This document shows, piece after piece, positions 1 through 13,300 of a stretch of DNA of 64,000 bases. The DNA is taken from contig NC_091476.1 of assembly GCF_036971445.1 (NCBI RefSeq), positions 140,058,001 through 140,122,000 on the forward strand, read 5' to 3'. The stretch's first letter is position 1; every line of letters begins with the position of its first letter. This stretch comes from Narcine bancroftii (taxonomy: Eukaryota). Made by a program: the position numbers and the translations under genes. The notes beneath the pieces were generated by a model that was not told the origin of the DNA, did not search any database, and saw only the letters and a program-made list of their open reading frames with translations.

Positions 1-699
1 TCGACCCTAGACCTCTTGAAATTCATGATTATCTCCTTCATCTTCTCCAGATTGTTACCCTCACACTCTATCACGAGATTTTCCACCTGTAGTGTGACTT
101 ATCGATGTTGCTATTGTGTCATTTGTAAACCCCTCACAATTTATAAACTTCTACAAGGTCCCCTTTCAGCCGCTTATGTTCCAGAGACAATAAACCCAGC
201 CAATCCAATCTTTTCTTATTCTAAGTAAAGCCCTCCAAGCCAGGCACATCCCGTTGAATCCCCTCTGTGCTCTCTCTAATGTTTCCACTGCTCTCAATTT
301 CACACGCTCCATCTCTCATTCTTTCCTTCCTTTTCGTTCTATGATGATTCCATCTCCTTCTTGGGATGGTTTAGTGTTTAATATCAATCCACTGATTCCC
401 ACATGTATCTAATCCTTTAAGATGCAGTTAACACAACTGTCTTTGTTTTTCATTTCAAACAGTTCTGTTTTCATGCCCTCCTCCCACCTAGAAGGAGGAT
501 AACATTCATCTTAGCCATGTTTCTACTGTACCAACCTCTATAAGGTGGACTATATCAATGAGATGCCAACAACACATAGATCTTCTCATCGCCTCTTGGT
601 ACCCTCCATTCCTTCCATGACTTTCTGATTCTTTCTTTTATCTCTCCCAATAGTTATTCAACTTTTCATTTTCTTGTTCATCAGTGGCAGGGAAGCTAT

Positions 700-2070
700 T
701 GGAGACCATATTCAAGGATAGAATTTAAACACATTTGGAAAGACGTGGTCAGATGAGGGACAGTCACGTAGCTTTGTGAGGGGTGATCCATGTCTTATCA
801 ATTTGATGGAATATTTGAGGAGGTGATACAGATGGTTAATGCGGGTAGAGCAGTGGCTGTTGTCTACGTGGACTTTAGAAAGTGTTTGGCAAGCTTCCTT
901 GTGCTGCCATTGAAAGGGTGCAGAAAAGATTAATCACAATGTGACTGGAGTGGAGGTATTTTAAATTATAAAGAGAGGTTTGATAGGCTGGGAATGTTCT
1001 CCCTGGGGCAGAGGTTGCTGAGGAATAACCTGAAGGTATATAAATCATGAGGAAAGGTAAATGGTGAGAGTCTTGGCAACCCAAATTGTCCATGCTAACG
1101 AAGCTGCCTATCTCAGCGAGGCCCATTTGTCTGCATTCAGCCAATTGTCATAATTGTACCCACTTTTACCACCACTGGCAGCTCACCACCCAGTGCCTTA
1201 TAAACCTCTTGGACAAATATAACATGATATCCCTGCTCCTGTACTCAGTGCCCTGACCAATGAAAGCAAGCATGCCAAACCTCTTCTTCACCACCTGTCT
1301 ACCCGTGATAACACTTTCAAAGAACTAAGTCATTCTGCAACATTTCCCCAGGGTTCTTCCACTTGCTGTCCTGCCCTGGTTTGACTTGACAAATTGTAAC
1401 TTGTCTGAGTTGAACTCCATCTGCTATTTCTCAGCCCATTGTCTCAGTTGTTTAAGATTCCATTGTGATCTTTGATAATCTTCTTCACTGTCCATGATAC
1501 CACCAGTTTTAGTCATCTACAATATTACTAACCATGCCATCTGCATTCTTATCCAAATCATTAATAAAGACAAACAATAATGGATTCAGCATCAATCTCT
1601 CTGGCTCCTCACTGTGAAAGAGCTCCACCATTACCACCTGTTTTCTACCACAAATATTGAATTCTGTTGTCCAACTCACATTGGATCTGACCTTCTAGAC
1701 CAGACTCCCATTCAGTATCTTGTCAAAGGCCTTGCTAAAGTCCATGTAGACTACACCTGCTGCCCTGCCTCGTCAATCTTCTTGGCCGATTTTTCAGCAA
1801 ACTCTATCATATATTTGGAGACATAATTTTCCATTTGGACTATCCTTTAAATAGTCCTTCTTGCCTTTCCAAATGCTGAGAGATCTTGATTTTTAGAATC
1901 TCCTCCAATAATGAACTGATGTTTGGCTCACTGGTGTGTAGTCCCAGACTTCTTGCAGCCTTTCTCCGATAAAAACTCCAGTCTACCAGCATGTCACCTG
2001 AGCTCAGTGATGAGGCAAATACCTCTGTCATGGCTCTCACAATTCCATCCCTCGCTTCCCACAATGCCCA
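700..2070. mobile_element. Cluster of degraded CR1 LINE ORF2/3' fragments (plus strand ~700-1060, minus strand ~1080-2070)
   Basis: CR1 RT-region motifs (ttgtctacgtggactttagaaagtgtttgg, VYxDFxKAF-like); minus ORF 1840-2064 resembles CR1 ORF2; many stops and frameshifts. Confidence 0.7.
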
Positions 2071-2084
2071 TTCTTTAATGATAC

Positions 2085-2265
2085 AGCACAGTCACACACC
2101 CTTCCTGCCCTTGAAACCCGTATATTTTGAAGGGTAGGAGAAAACTGATGAACCTGGAGAAAACTCTCACGGGGAGTACAAACTCCTCTTAAACGGTGCT
2201 GGATTTGAAGTCAGATTGCTTGTGCTGTTATAATGTTGCTCTAACCGCTACACTAACTGTGCTGA
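2085..2265 (-). mobile_element. Degraded HE1/V-type tRNA-derived SINE
   Basis: Reverse complement of the SINE family seen intact at 41908-42155 (gtacaaactc, ggatttgaa, taaccgctacactaac). Confidence 0.6.
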
Positions 2266-4299
2266 CCTGTAATACAGTTGATTAAGTCCTGGGGATTTAT
2301 CTACCTTTATGCAGTTTAAGTCTTGCAGCACCTCCTCTTCTGTAATGTTTATTCTCTTCAAATCATCACTGTTAACTTTCCAAAGTTCCCCGGCATGCAC
2401 GTCTATGGACCAACCTTTTCATGCAGAGCATTGTGGGTATATGGAACGAGCTGCCAGACAAAGCATTTGAGGTGGATGCATTTATGGCTTTTTAAAGACC
2501 TTTCAACTGTGTGTGTAATTTGGAAAGGTTTAGCGTGGGCCAATGAAACTTGATCAGTATGGGCACGTTGGCATGCTCATGCTGTAGAACTCCATGTCTG
2601 CAACCTCCTTCCTCCTATTACCATTGCTTGGTTCTCGTTCTGAGATTCTGTACAATACTATATTACTCTTACAGTAATGGGTCTGCTTCACAGTTCTAAA
2701 GTGGGTCCTGAAACCTCTCTGTCTTTTGTGATTAGTATTGTCGCACTGTGTTTTGCAGAGGGCCCTCTGTATGTTTTGTGCTATGTTATTGAACAGGCAG
2801 TTGCCTCCCCGCTCACTCTTTGGGTGATGACCTCTTCCACTGTGAATCTGATGGGAACTGTTTTGCAAAGGATATATGCGTGTTTCACAGTATATCACCC
2901 TGGGGGAGGCTGTGCATCAGATTTATTAGTGCAGGTATCAGGGTAGAGCTGGCAGTGAGAATACACACCAGTGGCAATATCCTCAGTACTTCAGTTTTGT
3001 TGGACCCACTGTTGATCTCCAGCATGACATTAATGGTAGGAAGTGATGCCAGTGCTGCTTTAGTTAGACCAAATGAGTTTGTTACCAGAAATAAAGTTCT
3101 TGTTTTATTCAAGTATTAACTTCTGATGTGGAACGTACTGATGAAGCATTTCAAATCCTTTTGAAGCTGGTCATAGTCATCCAGTCACTTAGCATGGCTA
3201 CAGGCTATTCATCCCACAGTCTCCATGCTGCACACCAGGTACTAATCCCATTCCTGCATCTTCTAATCAATTTTGTTTCATTCTCATGTAAATACTTCAT
3301 GAATGTTCATATTCCCTTGGAATCACGACCTTTCTCTGGATGAAAAATGTCTGGTTCAGATTCCCTCTAAATCAGGGGTCCCCAAAGGTTTTAGACTGTC
3401 AACATCTTCAGGGACAACGTGGTTCCTCGTTGACCGTAATGGAATCCAGGCGCTGGACCGGAGGGCAAGGAGGGGCTGGACGGGGGAGGTGCGGTGGGGG
3501 GTGGTGCTTGCTGGATGGGGAGGGCACGACAGGGGGGATGCTAGGTAGAGTGGCCAGATGTCCGGATTAAGCCAGACAGTCTGGCTTTTGAGTCCTCTGA
3601 TCTCTGTCTGATGCCAACTTGAGCTGGATATTAATTTGTCCTCCATTTGGGAGTGTAGGCCCTACACCCTCAAATGGAGGACAAATTAAGGGGCAGAAAG
3701 GGCTCTTACCTGTTAAATGCAGCGTCCTAAAGTCCACAGACCATGGATGAGGTGGAAATGTGATGGCAACGCGTGACTACGGTGAATGAAGGTTCAAAGC
3801 AGGTAAGCCTCCTCCCTGTGCTGGACTGGGGGGATGGTGGCAGCTGTGTTGGACCGGGAGGGAGGGGTGGGGATACACCATTTTAAATGGACCACCCCCT
3901 GCGTTATTGACACTCTCCCCAGTTTTATTGACTCCCTTTCAACCCCCTGGCATTTATTGATCCCCTGGATGGTCCCATCAATCCCTGAGAGTCTAAACTG
4001 TTGTAAAAGCAATGGATTCCATTTATATATGAAATGATGTATGTTTCTTTCCTGAATTTGATCCATCTCCCCCTTTGCCCATACCGGAGGTTGGACAATA
4101 TCAAACAATCTATTAATGAACTTTAACTGTGCTTCTTCATAATATTTCTGAAAATGTGATCATTGAAGACCTCCTAAGTCATACTCCATCTCAGGTCACA
4201 CTGGTGTGAATCTCCTCTGCACCCTTTCCAGTTCAATCATAGAGAAGCCACCAGAACTGCACACGATATGCTCACTGTGACATAACTAATGTTTTATAA

Positions 4300-4377
4300 A
4301 GGTACCTTGATGAAGGGCTCAAGCCCGAAATGTTGGGTACGCTACATAAAGTACATTGTTTGACCTGTTGTGTTTTT
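4300..4377 (+). mobile_element. 78-bp Penelope terminal-repeat fragment with hammerhead-like motif, inserted in a CR1
   Basis: Flanked by the 15-bp direct repeat actaatgttttataa (4285-4299, 4378-4392); contains ttgatga-a-gggc-tcaa-gccc-gaaa-tgtt. Confidence 0.7.
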
Positions 4378-5319
4378 ACTAATGTTTTATAAGTCTCTAC
4401 TAAGGCCTCCCTATTCTTAGATTCTATGCCTTATTCACCATCTTAACTTCCTTTGCTGCCAGTTGCATGAATTCTTCTATATGTACCCCAAGATCTCCTT
4501 GTTCCTTGGCACATCATAAGGTCCAACCATTCATTGTGTGTCTGAGCCTTGTTTGTCTTCCTGAAATGCATCCTCTCACATTTTTCAGGATTATACAGAC
4601 ATATATTCACAAGTCTGATATATTCTTGCTTCTGGCTTTTCTGATTTTTCTTTGAAGATGGGCTCAGGCCTGAGACATCTTCGATATATCTTTGTCTCCT
4701 TATAGATACTAAATAAACCAGCTGAGTTCCTCCAGCATTTCGGTTTCCATGATGTCTAACTCCATGAGTTTTAAGTGGAAGCAGCTTCTGAACTTTATGG
4801 CAGTTTGACCTGCACTGAGCTGGAACTTTCAAGTCTTTCTCTAATTTGATTTAGGAAGGGATCATTTCCATACTGATGCTGGGATGAAGTGAGTAATGGT
4901 CCCAGTTTGAACTAGTCCAGAGCAAGGTTCACTGGTCTCTGTGCTTCATGCTGGTACAGGGTGATCCAAATCCTTACTCAATAATCTCCAAAGAAAATGC
5001 AATTTCTTCCAGCTTTTGGGCTTCTTCTGCCTGGCTCCCCACAGACATTTGCTGTGATGACTTTTACATATCAAAAGTTTCTAGTTTGAACCATCGATTA
5101 AACTCTGGAAAAGAGGCGTCTATGTGCATACATTTTTGCTTTGGAATCTAGAAATTAGTTTAAAAAATAAGATAAATTCTCAAACCAGTATTTCTATGTC
5201 CAAGGACTGAGTACGTTTGACAATGTACATCAACTGGGAAGACCATTCAATTGTTTCTATTGCCCTTCATTCTTATTCAGAACAATAAATTAACAAGAAA
5301 TGTCCCTTCTTTTCGGTTT

Positions 5320-6160
5320 AGAACCATGGAACATTGCAGCACAGAAACAGGCCCCTTCAGCCCTTCTAGTCTGTGCCGAACCATTTTTCTGCCTAGTCCC
5401 ACTGTCCTGCATTCAGTTCATTGCCCTCCATACTTTTTACATCTATGTACCTGTCCAAATTCTTTTTAAATTTTGAAGTTGAGCCGCATTCACCACCTCA
5501 GCTGGCAGCTCGTTCCCCACTCCTCTCATGTTCCCCCTAAACTTTTCTCCTTTTAACCTTAAACCATGTCCTCTGGTTTGTATCTCACCTACTCTCAGTG
5601 GTAAAAAGCCTATCTACATTTACTCTGTCTATCACCTCAAAATTTTAAATACCTCTGTTAAATCTCCCCTCATTCTTCTACGCTCCAGGGAATAAAGTCC
5701 TAACCTGTTTAATCTTTCCCTGTAATTCAATTCCTGAAGTTCAGGCAACATCCTAGTAAATCTTATGTGCATTCTTTCAATCTTACTGATATCATTCCTG
5801 TAGTTAGGTGGCACGGTTGGGGTAGCGGTTAGTGCAACGCTATTACAGCACCAGCGATCAGGACCAGGGTTTGAATCCTGCTCTGTCTGTAAGGAGTTGG
5901 GATATTCCACCCATGTCTGCATGGGTTTTTCACGGGAAATCTGATTTCCTCCCACATTCTAAACGAACTGGGGGTGTAGTTAATTGGGAGGAACGGGCTC
6001 ATGGGCTGAAATAACCTATTACCGTGCTGGAAGATTAAATTTAAAATAAATTTAAATTAAAAAAAGTAAATAAAAAATTTAATTAAAATTTAAAAACTGC
6101 ACACAGTAGTCCAAATTTGACCTCAGCAATGTCTTATACATCTTTACCATAACATCCCAC
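5320..6160 (-). mobile_element. CR1 3' fragment interrupted by a SINE
   Basis: Minus translation NYRNDISKIERMHIRFTRMLPELQELNYRERLNRLGLYSLERRRMRGDL is the CR1 ORF2 C-terminus; CR1 resumes after the SINE (aactgcacacag, ~6095). Confidence 0.85.
5808..6050 (+). mobile_element. HE1/V-type tRNA-derived SINE
   Basis: A-box-like tggggtagcggttag, B-box-like ggtttgaatcc, V-domain-like gtaaggagtt...tttcctcccaca, AT-rich tail. Confidence 0.8.
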
Positions 6161-6774
6161 AGTGCCAAGTAATTACAAAAGCAACTTGCCCCAATTCATT
6201 CTGCAGCCTCAAAAAGTTTTTCGTGAATGTTTTAAGACCTAAACTGTCAGATGTAGTTGATGGGCATTGGACTATTCTAGTGAGTTTCTCATCTGTGTAA
6301 ATGTACGCTAATAGACTTTGTCTGAAAACTAGTGAGCATTGGTGCTCCTCAGGCTTTCAGTCGGAGCCGTGGCCATTTATTGCATGGAGTGGACCACTTG
6401 GCCCATCCATGACATAGCACCACAGGTACTTAGCCCAATACCTTTTTCCAGCCCAAACTGCAGATCTCTAAGTAAGGCCTCTGACATGTGGGAGTGTTTC
6501 TGTTTCTGCACTTTCTGGCAGTAAGCTCCCAAAGCTAAGTCTTGTCAGGTAAAACCTTCAACCAGTTAGCTTAAAGTTCTCAAGTTACTGTTGCTTTGTC
6601 CAGCCTGTCTCACTTTGCATTATTTTATGTTTTCTAATTAAATCTCAATCTCCTTTGCGCCAGAAAAACCCCAGCTCCTGCCAATTCATCTCTCCTCTTT
6701 TTTACAATTAAAACAGAAAATGCTGGAACCAAAGACCGGTCAGGCAGCAACTGTGGAAAGGGACACAATTATTA

Positions 6775-7379
6775 GGCTCTTTCAACCTGCTGTGTAAAAT
6801 GAGATTAACCAGGCAATTTGCCCAGTTTGTGCCCCACTCACATGGCAGCTTTAAAGGGTCCGACCTGGTCAGCATGGTCCAAATCCAAGTGGATTTCTGA
6901 CCTGCTTCAGAGGTAGTCAGGGAACCCAGTTCAACTTATTTAGGTCGCATCCACCGGTGGCTTGAAAACAAAAATGGCCTACCCGGTTGTTCCATTGACG
7001 TCAGTGTTTGCGTGTGTACGTCTCCGGGCGGCATCTACTGAAATGTGCAGTGTTTACATCCTGCTCCTCCTCCGATGACTGCAGCATTCGCCTGACAGTG
7101 GTGGTCACAACAGTGGCCTGCTTAGCCAGCATCTGAAAATTGTTCCTGTTCTCGTTTACCATTTGGACTTCGATTAGTCACTTCCAGCAGTACTTTTGGT
7201 AAGTGAATGGCGCGTCGTTCAACGCATCATCGCGGGGGCAGGATCCTCCTTAAATCGCTGGGTTGGCGATTTAATGGGTTGATCTCCCTCCAGCTTAAAA
7301 GGTGCTGGAAGCACCTTTGCCCCACTAATCACACCTGGGTCCCAGGAGGGCTACCCAGGTGCTGCAGGTTAAAAGTGCG
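6775..7379. mobile_element. Putative non-autonomous DNA transposon (PIF/Harbinger-like MITE) nested in a Penelope terminal repeat
   Basis: Imperfect 16-bp TIRs (ggctctttcaacctgc / gcaggttaaaagtgcg, 13/16 match) with TTA and TAA flanks; the flanks rejoin into the Penelope-type repeat. Confidence 0.5.
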
Positions 7380-7989
7380 TAATGTTTCAGGTCAATGGCC
7401 CTTCCTCAGACCTGGGAAAGTGAGAAAACAAGTCAGTTTTAAATTCCAGACAGGGTAGGGGATGGACAGATAAGACAAAGAAATATCTCTAATGGGGAGA
7501 AGCACAGAATTCTCATAGAGATGCATACTTTATGAAGCTATCCAGTTTATTTATTAAAGTTGTGGGGGGGGGGGGGTGGGGGCAGGGTGTGTGCATATGT
7601 GTGTGTGAGAGAGAGTGAACAAACAAATGGAAATGTAAAATGCAGATAAAACTGTGGCAAAGAATTGAAATCAAAGGAAGAATATTGGAAATTCACAGGA
7701 TATCAGGAGAGAGAGAAAACACTTTATAGGTGAATAATCTAGTAGCAGAACTGGCCATTTCTAATATAATCAGACCAAGGAAGTTACCTGAAATTGTTGA
7801 ATTTGATTGTGAGTGCTGCAGCTTGAAGCCTCACCAGAGGACAAATGGGGGCTGTTCCTCAAGCATACATTTGCCCTGTTTAACAGAACAGGATGCACAG
7901 GCAAGTCTGGGGTAGGACAGACAAATGCTTGCTCAGGATTGCCCCTGTTGAATTAACAAAAGCGCTCCATAAAGCATTCAACAACAACT

Positions 7990-8980
7990 TCCTTGGTCTC
8001 CAATGTAGAGAAGGAAAAAGGAAGCATACAGTGGGTTTAGGAAGCAAAAGGACCAGTAGAGTCACGAGAATTATATAGTAGCCTGGAAGGAACTAAAGAA
8101 AAGACTTATGGAAGGGGGCATGAGAAGGCCTTGGCAAGTAGGATTAAGGAAAGGTCTAAGGAGTTCTATGCAAGTGAAGATCAAAAGGATGACAAGAGTG
8201 TTTAAGGATAAAGGAGGCAATGTGCCTGCAGCAGAGGAGGTTTGGGAGGTCCTAAATAAATGCTTTGCTTCAGTATTCACCAGAGAAAAGGACCGTGATC
8301 AATGTGAGGTCAGAATAGAACAAATTTATACGCTGAAGCATGTTGAGATTAAAAAGGACGAAGAGCTGTAACTTCTTAAACACGTTAGGATTGATAAGTC
8401 CCCGGGACTAGATGTGACCCAGGTTACCACAGGAGCAAGGAAAGGGAATGCTGGGGCATTGGTAATGATCTCTGCATCTTCCTTGGGCCCAGGGGAGGAG
8501 CTGGAGGATGAAGAATGACAAATGTTGTCCCCTTGTTTTAAAAAGGTAATAGAGAGAATCCAGGGAATTATAGACCAGTAAGTCTTATATAAGTGGTGTG
8601 CAAACTATTGGAGAACATCCATAGGGACAGGATTAACGAGCATTGAGAGAAGTACAGTCTTCTCAGGGATAGTCAGCACATCTTTGTGAAGGGAAGGTCA
8701 TGCCTCACAAACCAAATTCAGTTTTTTGAGGAAGTGACAAAATAAATTGATGAAAGTAGGCTGGTGGATGTGGTCTATATTGATTTAAGTAAGGCCCCCC
8801 ATGGTAGACTCATTCAGAATCTATGGAACCTTAGTGAGTGGATTCAGATTTGGCTTGCCTGCAGAAAATAGAGGACAGTAGTAGATGGAATGTATTCTGC
8901 CTGGAGGTCAGTGACTAGTGGAGCAGGGACCCCTGCTCTTTGTGATTTTTTAAAATAAATGACCTGGATGAAGATGTAGC
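7990..8980 (+). mobile_element. CR1 ORF2 fragment (linker and RT N-part), degraded
   Basis: EVLNKCFASVFTRE; downstream KKGNRENPGNYRPVSL and GRSCLTN motifs with frameshifts. Confidence 0.85.
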
Positions 8981-9879
8981 AGGAAGCTGCACAGACTCCT
9001 AATCTGTGCAGATTATCATCAACGAGCTCCGGATCCAAACCCTGATATGATCACAAAGCCTCAGTACCTGAGGCCCTTTGCGAGCCCTTCTAGTCCTCAG
9101 CACCGTCTTGAATCCTGGCTCCGATACCTGGATCCCATGAGCCAGTGTCCAGCAACTCTCAGCTTGTGTGGGTCCCTCAGCTGCTGAGCCCTTTGTTGGT
9201 CAGCTGCCATGGTCACCGTCCTGTAGGGTCACCTCCTCTGCTTCAGCTTCCCATCGGGGGATATACTTCCTGTTACTGGTACCCTGCATCAGTCCGCTTC
9301 TCCCCGGAGTCTGCAACTCTTCGTGGTACGCTGGTAGAAGAGGTGCCAGTATCTTGGACACAGACCTCCACGGTTGTTGGAGTTTTGTTCATGAACACTG
9401 TCGGCTCCTCCAACAGGCCGCTTAATGCCTGAATGGAACTGTCGACAATAGGACTGAGTGGTTAAACCTTTCAGAGCAGGGTTGTGTCTCTTCTCCCTGG
9501 GTCCACACCAGTAGCAGCACTGCCACCGTTACAGCATCGCTGTCTTTTTTAAGCTGTGGCTAAATGTGTTCGTTCAGTTAGCTTCATTTCCCTGCTCAGA
9601 CAGTTATGGCAATTATTTTTTAACTACCTAATCCAGTGGATCAAAAGTAATTTGTACAGATTTCAAAAGGCATCTGGACAGATGTAGAAGGGTTAAGAGG
9701 ACGTTGAACAAATACTGCAATGGGACGAGTCCAGAATGCCAACTTGGTCAGTATGGCTGTTGGGCCGAATGGCCTATTTTATGGTGTATAACTATGATAG
9801 GCACTCCAAATTTTGTCTGTTTCTTGTCTCAACATCTGCCTGTTTATTGTGCACTCCTCAAACTCTAACTCATACTGCA

Positions 9880-10985
9880 TCAAGGCAACTTAACTAAATA
9901 AGAGCCCATGGTATAACAGGGAATATACTAGCTTGTGTAGAGCATTGGCTGATTGGCAGGAAGCAGAAAGTTGGAATACAGGGATCATATTCTGATTGGC
10001 TGCCAGTTGCTAGTGGTGTTCCACAGGGGTTGGTGTTGGGGCTGTTTCTTTTTATGTTGTATATTAATGATTTAGATTATGCAATGAATAGCTTTATGGC
10101 CAAGTTTGCAGATAATATGAAGGTAGGTGGAGAAGCAGATAGTGTAGAAGAAACAGGGAGGCTGCAGAGGATTTAGACAGATTAGGAGAATGGGCAGAGA
10201 AGTGGCAAATGAAATATCATGTCGGAAAGTGTGCGGTCATGCACTTTGCTGAAACAAATAAATGGAAAGACTATTTTTTAAATGGGGTAAAAATTGAAAA
10301 TTCCCAGATGTAAAAGAAATTCAGGAGTCCTCATGCAAGATAACCTGAAGATAAATTTGCAGGTTGAGTCGGTGGTGAAGAATGCAAATGCAATGCTGGA
10401 ATTCTTTACAAGAGGAATAGAGTATCAGAGCAGGGATGTGATGATGAGGCTTTATAAGGCACTGGTGAAACCTCATGTGGAGTACTGTGAGCAGTTTTGG
10501 GCTTCTTGTTTAAGAAAAGATTCTGGGAAAGAAAGGGTTATCATGTGAGGAATGTTTATCGGCTCTTGACCTGTACTCTTGGAATTTTGGAGAATTGTGG
10601 GGGGGGGGGGGCGGAAGGAATCTCACTGCAACATTTTGAATGTTAAAAGATATGGACAGAGTAGATGCAGAAAGGTTGCTTCCCATGGTGGGAGAGTCTA
10701 GGACAAGAGGGCACAACAGATTGAAGGGCATCCACATAACAGAGATCTTCAGCCAGGGGATGGTGTACCTGTGGGATTTGTTGCCACAGGTGGTTGTGGA
10801 GGCCAGGTCATTGGGTGTATTTAAGACAGATTGATGGGTTCTTGATTAGCCAGGGCATCAAAGGTTATGGAGAGAAGGACAGGCAGTGGGGCTGAGTGGG
10901 AAAATGGATAAGCTCATGTCTGAATTGTGGGTCAGATTCAATAGGCTGAATGGCCTATTTCTTCTCCTATGTCTTATGGTCTTAA
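9880..10985 (+). mobile_element. 5'-truncated CR1 LINE (RT C-half to 3' tail)
   Basis: SGVPQGLVLG, KFADN, LYKALVKPHVEYCEQFW motifs; CR1 3' end ggctgaatggcctatttcttctcctatgtcttatggtctta. Confidence 0.9.
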
Positions 10986-11490
10986 AGGATGCAGTTTAGT
11001 TCTTTGAAATAGTCATGCATTCCCACTTCCCTGCATATTCTCCATAACCCAATCATTTTTACCTCTACAAATTTATCCAAACACATTTCAAACTACATAT
11101 TGAATGTAGTACTTTTGCCAAGAATTCAGGCAGCATAATGATGATCAAACTACAATGGTGGTGAAGAGGTTAAACATTTTACAATGTATGTTAGATTTTA
11201 GTTTGAGTTGCAGATTACAGTGGGACTTGCTCAGACACACCCAGTTTCTGCACAGCTCTGGGCATTAGTCATGGTTTGTTGCTCTGGCCTGTTGCTGGAG
11301 GGTTTGTGCTTGTAAAGAGCACCCCGTCATGGGACAGATCAGAGAGCTCTGACTTTCAGTTTGTGAACGTTTGTATTGTAATCAAGGTTACCAAGGTGAG
11401 TTCAAAGTTCAAATTCCAAATTTTGGAAGTGCAGTCTAGTAAACCTGCTTTATCTGCTGCTTTGAAGATACAATTGGTGGCAGTTGTGTG

Positions 11491-11650
11491 AACACCCAAC
11501 CCCAACCAACCAATTTTCCCTTGCAACCGCTGCAACCGTGCCTGCCTGTCCCGCATTGGACTTGTCAGTCACCAACGAGCCTGCAGCAGACGTGGACATA
11601 CCCCTCCATAAATCTTCATCCGTCAAGCCAAGCCAAAGAAAAAAAGAAGA
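11491..11650 (+). mobile_element. Short 3' fragment of the same RTE family as 22394-26295
   Basis: Near-identical to the RTE 3' end (FPCNRCNRACLSRIGLVSHQRACS; ccctccataaatcttc...gccaagccaaagaa). Confidence 0.9.
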
Positions 11651-12369
11651 TTCTTCATATCTTTCTTGTGAGAAAACAACAGCAAAATTCTTGGTCTATT
11701 CACTCCGCAGGTATGCAGATCCAGAGAGTCACATGTTCTGCAGAATATCACACAGCAAAACATCACAGAGTCTGGAGCAAGGGAGTAGAAGCTGAAGGGA
11801 TTTAGTGAGCCAGGCAACATCTGTGGGAGAAATGGCAGGTCAACAGGACCCTTTATCATGACTTTTATCAAGACTAAAGTGAGCATGCGATGGAACAGTG
11901 GTCAAGGGTGTTGGGACCTCTGGTGGGGCAAGAGATTTTACATAAAAAAAAATCAATTAAAAAAAAATTAAATTTAGACAGATTGATTGGGTTCTTGCCC
12001 TTTTGGCCCATGCAGGCCAAGTATACGCAATTAACCTACAACCCGTGTACGTTTCAATGTGCTGGTGGAATTGAGGTAGAATGGTCTTGACGCTGGCTTG
12101 GTGAAGTTCCCTGCAATTATGAAAATGGCCTTGGGATGGTTCATTTTGAGGTTTTTGCTAGAGGTAAACCACTCACCTTGATCTAGCTTTAATGTGGGCA
12201 AAAGGGTAAATTCTGGAATCAAGCCAGAGATTGTTGGAAAGATCAACCAGCATCTGTGGAAAGAAACAATTAACATATCAGATCATTTTGGAAAGTTAAA
12301 CCAGGTGGGCGATGCACAGTGAATGGCAGGGTAGACAATTCTAGAATAGAGGGCACAGGTTCGAAGAGA

Positions 12370-12950
12370 TCGGATATACAAATATTTGCAGAGTCAGGGA
12401 CTGATTAGGGGCAGTCATCATGGGTTTGTGCGTGGTAGGTTGTGTTTATCCAACCTTGTAGAGCTTTTTGAGGAGGTTACCAAGAAAACTGAGAAAGAAA
12501 ATACTGTGAATGTTTTCTACATGGTCTTTAGTAATGCTTTGACAAGGTTAGTCAGGAAATTTTAGTCATTTGGCTTACATGGTGAGATAGTAAACTGCAT
12601 TCGACATTGGCTTAATGGGAGAAGCCAGAGAGTAGTGATGGATGATGGGATCTCAGACTGGAGGCCTGTGACTAGTGATGTGGCTGAAGGATCAGTGCTG
12701 GGACCATTAGTGTTTGTCATCCATATCAATAATCTGGATGATAAATTGGATCAACAAGTTTGCAGATGACACAAAGATAGGAGTTGTAGTGGACAGCAAG
12801 GAAAGCTTTCAAAGCTTGCAGAGGGATGTGGACCAGCTGTAAAAATGGCTGCTACATGGCAGATGGAACTTAATCCAGATAAGTGTGAGGTTGTGTTTTG
12901 GAAGGAAAAACCAAGAAAGGACCCACAAGGTAAATGGTAGAGCACTGAGG
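12370..12950 (+). mobile_element. CR1 RT fragment
   Basis: SHHGFVRGR, EFFEEVT-like, GSVLGPL and KFADDTK motifs with frameshifts. Confidence 0.85.
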
Positions 12951-12984
12951 AATTGAAAAGAGGGAAGCAGAAGGCAGAATCTGA

Positions 12985-13300
12985 ATTATATTGTCATGAA
13001 CATGTCTCAAAATTCATTGTTTTGTAGCAGCGTCATAGCTGCAAATATTGTGATAAATTACATTTTTTTAAAAATCGGTGGAAAAAGAAGAGAAGCTGAG
13101 GTAGTGCCTTCAGAAATCCTGATGGTGGAGGTGAAAAAGCTATTTTTCTACCATTGATTGTTCACCTTCAGGCTTCTGTACCTCCTTCCTGATGAAGAGG
13201 ACATGGCTTGGGTAGTGAGAGTCTTTGGGCATAGAGGCTTTCTTAAGACACCACCTCTTGCAGATGTCCTTGATAGAGTGAAGACTGATGCTCCTGATAC
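12985..13300 (-). mobile_element. Rex1/Babar-type LINE 3' fragment
   Basis: Minus translation SIKDICKRWCLKKAS...HYPSHVLF resembles the Rex1 ORF C-terminus; 3' end resembles other copies in the window. Confidence 0.65.

Noticed and set aside
2677-3119. Hydrophobic ORFs as a membrane-protein exon
   Set aside because: No recognisable homology or consistent splice structure; T-rich composition explains the hydrophobicity.
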